From positions 1 to 32,000 of the forward strand of contig NW_008806304.1 of assembly GCF_000400465.1 (NCBI RefSeq): a stretch of DNA of 32,000 nt. Reading direction: 5' to 3'. Positions 12,346 through 21,878 of the stretch are shown in pieces. The DNA comes from Wallemia ichthyophaga EXF-994 (Eukaryota; Fungi; Basidiomycota). Numbering within the stretch: position 1 is the stretch's first letter; each line of letters starts with the position of its first letter. Made by a program: the position numbers and the translations under genes. The notes below the pieces were generated by a model, which did no database searches, was not told the origin of the DNA, and worked only from the letters and a program-made list of their open reading frames with translations.

Positions 12346-12794
12346 ATGTCATTGAGCAGCAATAATAATAATAATCCAGGTATGTTGGGTTGATTTGCCA
12401 GGTATACGTCAACTCAATCCAAGCAGAAGATCTAATAACATTGGTAAAGTCACCTAGTGTTCAACGTCCTCGCATACCAAAGCTACCAACAGAGCTTCAT
12501 CCACTGCCACCAGACATATCGGCGTACTTTGTCTACCCATTGAGCTTAGAGCCATATACATTGGATCTCCTGCCAAAACTACGCCATAATGCCAACATGG
12601 AGCATGACAAGCACGTCAACTACCTCAATGAACGCAATGCATTGATTGAGAGCAAGAAGCGGGAGGAGATGAAGAGGGTGGCACCAGGCTGGAATGGTGC
12701 ATGGGATACGCTAGAGCCATCAACGCTGAGCAAGAGCAAGGGTAAGAGTGTGGATGATGAATTGGTGGAGGGTTTGGAGAGGCTGGCCAAATGA
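12346..12794 (+). CDS. Small hypothetical protein
   Basis: ATG at 12346, intron 12380-12423 (or -12426), then in frame with the 12390-12794 ORF. Contains PKLPTELHPLPPDISAYFVYP and a charged helical segment. Function not recognised. Confidence 0.65.
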
Positions 12795-12848
12795 GTTTAT
12801 GTATAAATGTGTAATTCTAGATAACAATGAAATTCTAATGAGATTGCT

Positions 12849-15196
12849 CTATTCTGTGGCTGGGAGTGGTGCTGGAGTTTCCAGCGGTTGATCGGATAGA
12901 TCGGTTGGTTGTGATTTTGACTCGATTGTCTCAGCGTTGTCCTGTTCTTTTTTCTCCTCATTCTCCCCTTCCTTCTCCAAAGCATTCTCCGCAGCACTCT
13001 TCATTCTCTCCTCCCTCTGTTTCTGCACTTCAGCCTGCTTCCTGCCGGCTTCAGAGAGGTCTTCGCCAAACAACCTCAAGCTCAAAGCACTCCTTTCCTT
13101 CTTATCAACCATCATACTAACGCTTGTCTTAGATTTCCACAGCGGGACATAGACAGGCTGACTAAGGCCATTTTCGCCATTATCGAGGCTGAACTCGACA
13201 ATATGACTACCAGAGTGGGTGTTTTGGAGAACATCCCTCAGCTCGCCATTCGCACCACCAATGGAGCTAATGACAGGATGGTAGTGCTCGACGAATGACT
13301 TCAAGTCATCAGGTGTACCTCTGAAAATGGCCTGTGGAGGGAGGTACTTTTTTACGAAGCTTACACTCTCATTAGTCACTCTCCATTTGCATCTGTTCAC
13401 TATATCCTTCTCCTCGTCCGAGAATGCCCTCTGATTATCTTGCTTGACAAAGAGCTTTACACCGCTGCTAATCAGTCGCAGTCTCGTGTAATCGTTGCTG
13501 TGGAGTATGTTCCTTACTAGATCGGATGTCAGATATATCGTTCTACCTGCTTCGCGGTTGGGGTTTCGGACGAGTAGGTTGCGTCTAGGGAACGTGTCGT
13601 CGAATTTGTAGTACGCGGTGAACGATTTCACATCCTCGTCATGCTCGTCGAGGTAGCTGAATGGATCTTCTTTGAACGTCGTGTCTGGTTGGACCTTGCC
13701 TTTTTCTGCACTAGGTTCATCTTTCTTGGATTTCTTCTGTGGACGTTGATTGTTTGTAGTGAGCGATTGTGGGCTTAGGGGACGTTTGGTGGAGTCTGCT
13801 GGGGGTTGTTGGGGGGTTTCATCTATCTTTTCGAGCGACTTTTCCTCCTTCTTTTCATCTGTTTTATCTTGTGTTTTCTCCTCCTTCTTCTCAAGCACGG
13901 CGATAAAGAAAGAGCCAGTGTCCTGTTGGTGAGAGTAGACACGGAGGCATCTCTCCAAAAGCATGTTATCAGCGTCTTGTTGAGAAGGTGGCCACATAGT
14001 TCTAGGCAGTTTATCATTCAGTCTGTCACGCTCTCTCTCATCTCTAGCATTTTCAATAAGGAGATCTCTATCACCAAAGTCGATTCCATCTCTAGCCGTA
14101 TTGACGTGCCAATGTTTGAGACCTTCTTTCCGCTTAAGTTGTGGGAGTTCCTCAGCGGCGTCTACGAGAGACATTTGAGGGTTATCTCTCAAAGCAGCAG
14201 CTATAACAGCCTCATTCTCAACCGGATTAATTGAGCACGTCGAGTAAACCAACCTGCCACCCGGTTTAAGGAGTTGTATACCGCGATTGAGGATGCGTAG
14301 TTGGAGGGTGTGTAGGCCATTTCCATTGTTGGGAGTCCAGTGAGACCAAATTTCAAGGTTTTTGCGCACAGTTCCATCACCAGTGCATGGGACATCGCAG
14401 AGAACTCTATCGAAGAGGAATTTAGATCTGGCTTGGGTGGTGGGGTTGGTGGTGTAGATGTTAGGGAAGCTGGTAGCGTCATGATTAGTGACCATGATGT
14501 TCGGTGAAGGAAGGCGTGAGGTTTGATGTACGAGCAAGTAAGCGCGTTTGTTATCGCTGTCGTTGGCAACTACTAGGCCGGTGGGGTCGGTGTGTGGATC
14601 GGAGTGGAGGGCTTCTAAGAGCTGAGCAGTTTTAGAGCCAGGAGCAGCACACATGTCAATTGCAGAGTGGTGTGGATCCATTTTAAGGAGGAGTGGAGGA
14701 ATCATAGAAACAGCCTCTTGACGGCTAATGTTTCCCGCTTCATTCTCGTAAACAAGGAAGTTTTGGAATTTCTTGAACTCGGGGGATTTTCTAATTTGCT
14801 GCTTAGTGAGGTTTAGTTGCCAAGCTAGACCGTCGGGGTACCTGAGGGAGGCATTAGAAGGTAGATAATAAATCAACATCTAACCCACCAATCAAGCTGC
14901 TTTGGAGGTGGTAGCTGTACACCATCGAGCTTAGCCTGTGATAGGAAAGGAATATAAGTCTTCTTGATGTGTTGATTGAGATCGTTGGCCGTGGATTTAT
15001 TGCCAGTGATTCTGAAGGAAGTTGGGAGGAGTTGTTTGGCAGTATGGATAAAGCTGTTCCACTCTCCATCATCCAATAGATTCTGTGACTTGTAGTATTT
15101 GTCGAATAGAGGATTCTGATTGGTGAGTCCTTTTTGTTCTGTGGGCTGCCTAGTGTTTTTTATAGGCTGCTTCTTATTTCCCCATTTCTTTGGCAT
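12849..15196 (-). CDS. NCL1: tRNA (cytosine-C5) methyltransferase Ncl1/Trm4 (NSUN2)
   Basis: Exons 15196-14889 and 14841-12849 (47-nt intron). GNISRQEAVSMIPPL, DMCAAPGSKT, DVPCTGDG, YSTCS. Confidence 0.95.
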
Positions 15197-15227
15197 TTTT
15201 GAAGGATCAACGTTGGAAACAACAGCG
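15197..15227. promoter_or_regulatory. 31-bp divergent spacer between NCL1 and SPB4 start codons with central palindrome CAACGTTG (15208-15215)
   Basis: Spacing and palindrome are read directly from the sequence. The regulatory role is inference. Confidence 0.5.
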
Positions 15228-17265
15228 ATGGCATCTAATCAATCAATTGCAGGTGGTTGGAATAATTTGAATCCAAATCTAAATAAATGGATTGAGGATT
15301 ATCTTATAGAAATCGGTTACACCCAAATGACTCCTGTTCAAGCCTCTACAATTCCTCTATTCAGGGCTAATAAGGATGTTGTAGTCGAGGCTGTCACTGG
15401 CAGTGGCAAGACGCTGTCATTCTTAATTCCCATCCTAGAGAAATACACTCAGCTACACTCCCAACTCCAGCCATCCGATGTCTTCTCCCTGATCATCACC
15501 CCCACACGCGAATTAGCCATTCAAACGTACAATCAACTCCAACTAATCCTCTCTGCTGCCCCTTTCAACCCTCCTCCTCCCCTTCTACTCGTCTCTGACC
15601 CTGATTCCTCCGTTCACGACGACCGCAAGCGCTTCTCCACACTCAACTCACACATCCTCATTGGTACTCCTGGTAGAGTTGAGGAATTCATCGGCGGCAA
15701 TAAAGGTACAAAAGGCCGCGGTAAAGGTACTGGCAGGTATTCCAATTTCGAAGTCTTAGTCCTCGATGAGGCTGATAGACTCCTTGATTTGGGTTTCATG
15801 GGTGTGCTCAAGTCCATTGTCTCACACCTACCCAAGCAAAGACGCACAGGTCTCTTCTCTGCCACCATGACCGACCAGTTAGGCAACTTGATAGCCGTAG
15901 GACTGCGCAATCCGAGCAAAATTGTCGTCAAGGTGACTAGCAAATCACGCAAACAAGAAATATCGGAGAGGCGCACACCAGCAGAGCTACACAATACCTA
16001 TATTATCATTCAACAGCGCGATAAATTGGCTTATCTGCTAAAATTCCTCAAGGACCAACTATTAGACGGTAATAACAAGATGATAGTTTACTTCCCCACA
16101 TGTGCCACTGTAGACTATATTTACACCATCCTCAAGCAATTACCGGGGAGTTATGCGCCGTCGTCATCTTCCACCACCTTGCACAGCCTCCACGGCCACA
16201 TCCCCCCACCCAAGCGCACAGCCGCACTCACCGCCTTCACTAATGCACCCTCAGCCATCCTTCTCTGTACAGATGTAGCAGCGCGTGGAATAGACTTGCC
16301 AGATGTAGACATAGTAGTGCAATGGGAAGCACCTGCGGATACGCGCTCCTTCTCGCACCGGGTGGGCCGGACCGCTCGAGCGGGAGCGCGAGGCAAGGCC
16401 TTGCTGATGTTATCTGCGGGTAGCGAAGAGGGATATGTGGAGTTTGTACGTGGGCGGCAGATCCCCCTAACGCCACACGCGCCCATCACACTCACGGATG
16501 CACCCGACGCAGATGAGTTGTGTGGGCGTGTGCGCAGTGTGCTTCTACGCGATAGGAAACTGCACGATATGGCCGTCAGGGCACTCACGTCTACTGTGCG
16601 CGCCTATTCGAAACATGAACAGGTGTTTCTGTTCCGCGTTCAACAACTAGATATTGCGGGGCTGGCTACCGCTCTTGGCCTTCTACGTCTGCCTAAAATG
16701 CCCGAATTGAGGGGGCGTGATGACCTCGCCGCGTGGCGCGATGAGCCTGTAGATGTGAGTTGCCTTTGAGCATTGAGCATTGCGGTCGTGCTCCTCTCCT
16801 ATCTCCCATCCCGCACACCCCCACTCACACACCTCGCAGTGGGATACTTACGCTTACGCTGACTCCGCACAGGAAGCTAAGCGTCTCAAGAAGCGGGATG
16901 AGAGTAAGAACGAGAATGAGCTCAAACATCCCTCCAAACCACTCAAAGCTGAGGCTTGGTCCGTCAAGAAAGGCAACCGCGATAAACGCTCCTCTCAGAA
17001 AGAGAAGCGCGAGGCTAAACGGAGGCATGATAAGGCTGAGAGGATGAAGCAGCGTGAGGTTGGCAGCGCTGACAGCGCTGATAGCGCCGAAGAAAAAGAA
17101 GAAGAACAGGACTGGAAAGCTCACATCCTCGAGACACGTGAGGCCAAGAAACTGAAACGACGCAAGTTGGACAAGCAGCAGGATAAAGACGAGGATGCAA
17201 TGGAAATGGATGACGATGAGGATGTAAATGGAAACGGCAATGGTTTCACATTCGACGATCTCTAA
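15228..17265 (+). CDS. SPB4: DEAD-box rRNA helicase Spb4 (DDX55)
   Basis: Exons 15228-16754 and 16840-17265 (85-nt intron). Q-motif MTPVQASTIP, AVTGSGKT, PTRELA, DEAD, SAT, HRVGRTARAG, basic C-terminal tail. Confidence 0.95.
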
Positions 17266-17337
17266 CGTATATATGGATATTTTAGATAGATATACTTATA
17301 ATATATTACACTCTTCCTTTTCTACTTGTCCAACATT

Positions 17338-19870
17338 CTAAGACGACAAGGTTGACACGAGATTCTGCCAAAAATGCATCTCCCTATCGTCGCTTTGTGT
17401 GTTGTCGTGTTGTGTGTGTCCGGGGGGAGTAGAAGACGTGAGTGAGTTAACATCCAGCCACTGGTTGAGGAGTGCTTGAGCATGTTCACCGAGCAGATCC
17501 ATCTCAATATCGCTTTGCGCTGTTTGTGGGGTGTGTGAGGTGTGTGAGTTGTTTGTACCACTCGAACCCGCGCCGTTAACCACCCCAACATCCCCAACAC
17601 CCCCGCTATACTCCAGCAGCGCAGCGTCCGACGAGCTCGTCGTGCATATTTCCGGGAAATTCTGCGCACCCAATGGGAAGGATGGGTTGAGCGAAGCGGC
17701 TGGATCTGGTTCGATCGGTAGCTCCGACTTGATTGTGAGTGGGTGAGAGTGAATATCCAATCCGCCTAAGTTGAAGTTGGTGTGCTGGGTGTGATCGGGG
17801 TGATGGGGGTGCTCGGTTTGAGTATGCACAGTGTGCTCACCATGCTCACCATAATCACCCAACTCATCCCGTCTAACGTACCCACTCGTTCTTCTCCGCT
17901 TAGGCCTATCTTTGCCAGCCGCTTCACCCGTTTCGTCTAATTCTAATCGGCTCCTGCCCGCCGCAGACTTCGCACCTCTACCTCTCACACCACCGCTTTT
18001 GCTTCCTCTGCGACCTCGACTCCCGTCGGCGTCTCTACTAACCTCACTCGCGCCTCTTTTGAACAGCTCGAGCACAGCGAGTTCGCGCACGGTCGCCTCG
18101 TCAACGCCGGTAGTGTGATGATCGAGGAACGCGCGCAGCTCATCAGCCTCTGCGCCAGTAGGGGTGAGTACGAGAGCGATACCGAGGATCATGAGACTAG
18201 TCATAATGCGATAAGAGCCCGCCGAAAGTTTCGCAGGACGCGTCACCGCCCTATCCTGATACTGTTTACGTGCGACGAGGTCAGCCTTGGCGCTCTCAAT
18301 AGCTGCTACCCGCGACGGAGAGTACTTGGTCGAGTGCGATTTGCCCAGGATTAGATAAGGCCGGTGTAGCGTTATCCGCACGAAATAAAACTCCGTGCTG
18401 AGAAAATAGCGGTGGGTGGACAAATACTTTAACGCACTGTCGTGCGTTAGGTCTGGCTCGTCTAATTGGAAATAGGGAGGGAGAGCCTGCTTGAACTTTT
18501 GTAGCTCCCCGTCTAGCTCTAATATCACACTGTAGGGCGGCGGGCGCATTCCGAAGGCTGCTGTTTGAATTCGCCCCATTAGCTGCGCGAGTACGTGGCG
18601 GAGGATCGTGTAGGACATTATCGTTGGCGTGTGCAGCGAATGTGTTGATGTCATTTCCACTCCTCCCACTTCGCCAACTTCACCCGCTTCTTCGGCACGT
18701 GATTCGAGATCTTCGTCGGACATGTTGGTCGGCGGACGCGTGTCGCAGTCGGCGTCGCTGATGGCGAGTGGCCGGCCGAGGAGGAGAGAGGACATGCGGT
18801 CTTGGTGGTATATGTATGACCAGACTTTCCGCCGCAACTCTTGATCGAGTGTGCGTGAGATGTTAAGAGCACTGGGGTCACGGTGCAGACCGAGAGCCTG
18901 GGCGGTGTGGATGGCAGCACCGAGACTGGGAGTATGTTAGAGTGTCTACCTTCCTAACAATCAAAACCCACGGTACAAAACCCTCGCTCGCCCTCCTCAC
19001 CAAGATCAAGTAGCGGGCAGTGAGCAAGCCACACAAAACACTATCCAAATCGTCATCCTGCATCGCGGCGGCTAGATTTGCGGATCTGCGTGAAGCTCCG
19101 TAAAGGGATTGGTGGAGGTGGGTGCGTGTGGGAGTGTCACCCACTAGATTGTCGGGTGCAGTGAGAGTTGCGATTGCGAGAGTGATGAAAAGTAGTGGAA
19201 TAAAGCGGATGGAGTGGGGAGTGAGTGAGCGAGTACCAGATTGCAGACAATGGTGTAAGGAGTGGTAGGAGGAGTAGAAGGTAGGTGAGAAAAGAGGATA
19301 GCGCCAGTCGATCTCATTGAAATAGAGACCGAGAAGACCATCTTGGAGGTGTTTTCTGGGGAGACAAGCAATAGCGTGGTCTAGATGATTTATAGGAATA
19401 CCAGAGGAGGATAACAACCTGGAAAGTTTATCAACGTTTGATTCTTGTTGGTGGAGGTTGAGGAGGGAGTTATCGCTGACGCTGGTCATAGCGCTGCTTC
19501 CAAAGAACCTGCCCTTATCTAGTCTGCCTTGGTTGCTTTTTTGGGTGTTATCGTGGGTATTCTGGGGGTAATCGTGGGTGTTATCGTTAGTGTTATCGTG
19601 ATGGCTATTACATTTGTCTGAAAAATGATTGGTCAAGAGATTAGTGAGGTTATTGACGGTATTAGTTAGAGCATCTAATCTGCCATGTATGTCTAAATCA
19701 GATTGATATGGATCGTGTACACCGTCGATGAATTGTCTACAGAGATGTGGAATACGCCTGGCAATACACTGATCACAGGGCTGTTGACGATTACATTTCT
19801 GTTTTCTTCGGTGGCATTCGTAGCACGAGTAGTGAACGCGCTTCCTTTGAGATTTTGAAGATGAGCTCAT
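17338..19870 (-). CDS. Zn2Cys6 fungal transcription factor with middle homology region
   Basis: CYECHRRKQKCNRQQPCDQCIARRIPHLC zinc cluster. Intron 18926-18971 restores AQALGLHRD, followed by RRKVWSYIYHQDR...LGRP. An alternative in-frame ATG lies at 19921. Confidence 0.93.
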
Positions 19871-19901
19871 AGATGATGGTGGTAAGGGGTTAAGGAGGGA
19901 A

Positions 19902-20266
19902 TTACAACTTTTTAATTTCATTTAATAATTCAAATAATTGGCTGGTCTGTTCATTGGATAGCTTGGCCAGGAGATGGTCGGTGTTGAGGGTGGAAGAGCC
20001 AGTAGACAGCTGATCCAAGTAAACCTTCCAAGAAGACAAGAATCCTATTATTTGTAGTGGGTTGTCTATGTTTCTAAATAGTGGCTGTTACTATGGTTGT
20101 CATCTCTAACTAGAGAATGTACCCACCGATGCCTTCTAAACTCATCTCTCAAGTAATTATCACCGATTAATCTAAATTCCTTTGGTAGCTGTCGATGTAA
20201 GCGGTGTAGCTGTCTATATAACTTTATTGGTGGGAGTATCTCTTTTGTAAAGTTCAAATTAGCCAT
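19902..20266 (-). CDS. SDHAF3: Succinate dehydrogenase assembly factor 3 (Sdh7/Acn9, LYR family)
   Basis: Exons 20266-20127 and 20073-19902 (53-nt intron). LPPIKLYRQLHRLHRQLP...GDNYLRDEFRRHR...NPLQIIGFLSSWKVY...LSNEQTSQLFEL. Confidence 0.9.
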
Positions 20267-20382
20267 GACTATTAGATGTCAAGTAGGGCTATTAATGTCC
20301 AAGTGCTTGATTATATTTCAAGCTGGACTATTGAATTCCAAATTGGACTATTAATGTTCAAGTAATTGTTTATAATTCAAGT
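20267..20382 (-). repeat. Degenerate tandem repeat, 6 copies of a 18-20 nt unit (consensus ACTTGRACATTAATAGTCCA)
   Basis: Forward-strand CAA cores at 20280, 20300, 20319, 20339, 20359, 20378 (period 19-20). Units 2 and 5 are 17/20 identical. Confidence 0.8.
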
Positions 20383-20404
20383 GTATCACTAGTAAATGTT
20401 TTAA

Positions 20405-20752
20405 CTATGGTTGTATATTTGAAGGGAAGTTTCCTTCTAAAAAGGTAGTCTTAATAAGTAATTCTAAGAAAATATACTCAACTCACCCTCAATCTGCTCA
20501 GTCCACTTATCCGTCCAACCATTTGGACAAATTGATTTATACGTTCTATGGAATTGCTTGCATGGTTGAAAATCTTCTCCTTTAGCATTTATACACTTGT
20601 GGTAATCAACGAATGCCTGCCAACAGTGTTTGGTTTGATTGGTGTTGGGGAATCTAACATCGAATCCAGCTGTTTGGAGTACGTATTTGCTGATATTCGT
20701 TAAAATATCTCATTAAAATATCAATTCAAACCCACGAATCACTTTCACTCAT
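20405..20752 (-). CDS. COX12: Cytochrome c oxidase subunit 6B (Cox12)
   Basis: Not in the ORF track. Exons 20752-20736, 20689-20487, 20436-20405 (introns 46 and 50 nt) translate to MSESDSKYVLQTAGFDVRFPNTNQTKHCWQAFVDYHKCINAKGEDFQPCKQFHRTYKSICPNGWTDKWTEQIEEGNFPSNIQP, the twin-Cys COX6B signature. Confidence 0.96.
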
Positions 20753-20784
20753 CTCTCCTCGTTGTTCTGGTACAACGATGCAAA
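20753..20784. promoter_or_regulatory. 32-bp divergent spacer between COX12 and PRP18 start codons with centred inverted repeat TCGTTGT-N6-ACAACGA
   Basis: Arms at 20759-20765 and 20772-20778, with the symmetry axis at the spacer centre. The regulatory role is inference. Confidence 0.5.
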
Positions 20785-21789
20785 ATGGATAAACTTCGAT
20801 CTCATTTGGAAAATAAGCGTAAATTGGATCATAACGGTGACTATGGTGTGCACAAGTATTTAAAGAAGTCGGAATTTGATCAATTGGAGCAGCCACAGCA
20901 GCAACAGCAGCAGCAGCAGAAACAGCAACCCCACCAGCCACAGACGCCGCTGCGACAATCCCCGCAACCACAACACCCACCAGACACCCTCCCAAAGGAC
21001 CCCCTTACCTCCAACGAGGACTGCATCAAGCGTCTTCGCCTCAAATCCCAACCAATCCGCCTATTCGCTGAATCTGATAAAGAAAGGCGGCTTCGTCTAC
21101 GCGCTATTGAGCTGCTCTCTACTGAGTCTTCCAGCAAAGGTCAGCAGAACGACCTTCACAAGGCTCTTGAAGGTGTAGGTCAGGCCGAGTTAGGCCAGCT
21201 CGACACTGGGCAGAGTGTGCTTAGTGGTGAAAGTGCACACCCCACACATACTTACAAACCCTACACTGACGATGAACTGCGTATCACCTGGCAGATGGTC
21301 AAGGTACACCACGACAAGCTCTACGCCACTATCTACAAATGGCTCAAGAATATGCTGCGTTTGTGGGACGCTGAGCTGCAACAGCGTCCAGACGAAATTA
21401 GACGCTCGAAGCAAGGTCAACTGACCACCGCGAACCAAGTCCAAACAGCTGGATATCTCAAACCTCTTTTCAAACTGCTCAAAACCAAAACCATTCAGTT
21501 GGATGTACTCTGTCTTCTAGGCGAAATACTCCTCTATGCTCAGGAACGTAAATACCAGAATGCTAACGACGCTTACCTCCGCCTCTCGATCGGTAATGCC
21601 CCTTGGCCTATCGGGGTGACTATGGTAGGTATACACGATCGATCTGCGCGCGAGAAAATATCTAGCGGCTCTGTGGCTCATGTCCTCAACGATGAGGTTT
21701 CGAGAAAGTACATTCAGTCTGTCAAACGCGTTCTCACTTTCGCTCAGTCGAGGTATCCACCCGAAGACCTCTCGCAGATGGTGGGATAG
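20785..21789 (+). CDS. PRP18: Pre-mRNA splicing factor Prp18
   Basis: Single exon. PRP4-like motif IKRLRLKSQPIRLFAESDKERRLRL. Prp18 domain YLKPLFKLLK...NDAYLRLSIGNAPWPIGVTMVGIHDRSAREKI. CAG/poly-Q tract near 20895-20925. Confidence 0.96.
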   Translation: MDKLRSHLENKRKLDHNGDYGVHKYLKKSEFDQLEQPQQQQQQQQKQQPHQPQTPLRQSPQPQHPPDTLPKDPLTSNEDCIKRLRLKSQPIRLFAESDKERRLRLRAIELLSTESSSKGQQNDLHKALEGVGQAELGQLDTGQSVLSGESAHPTHTYKPYTDDELRITWQMVKVHHDKLYATIYKWLKNMLRLWDAELQQRPDEIRRSKQGQLTTANQVQTAGYLKPLFKLLKTKTIQLDVLCLLGEILLYAQERKYQNANDAYLRLSIGNAPWPIGVTMVGIHDRSAREKISSGSVAHVLNDEVSRKYIQSVKRVLTFAQSRYPPEDLSQMVG

Positions 21790-21878
21790 AGATGAAATGT
21801 CTTGTAATTGTATAAGCAAAATTATTTGTATATTTTAAATACACCTTTGTGTAAAAACTCCACTGCACATTGCACGCT

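Noticed and set aside
15120-15227. SPB4 N-terminal extension overlapping NCL1 in the ORF track
   Set aside because: It starts at a non-ATG codon and is antisense to NCL1 coding sequence; homology begins at ATG 15228.
20267-20382. CRISPR-like reading of the repeat
   Set aside because: Units are contiguous and degenerate with no unique spacers, no cas genes are present, and the context is eukaryotic.
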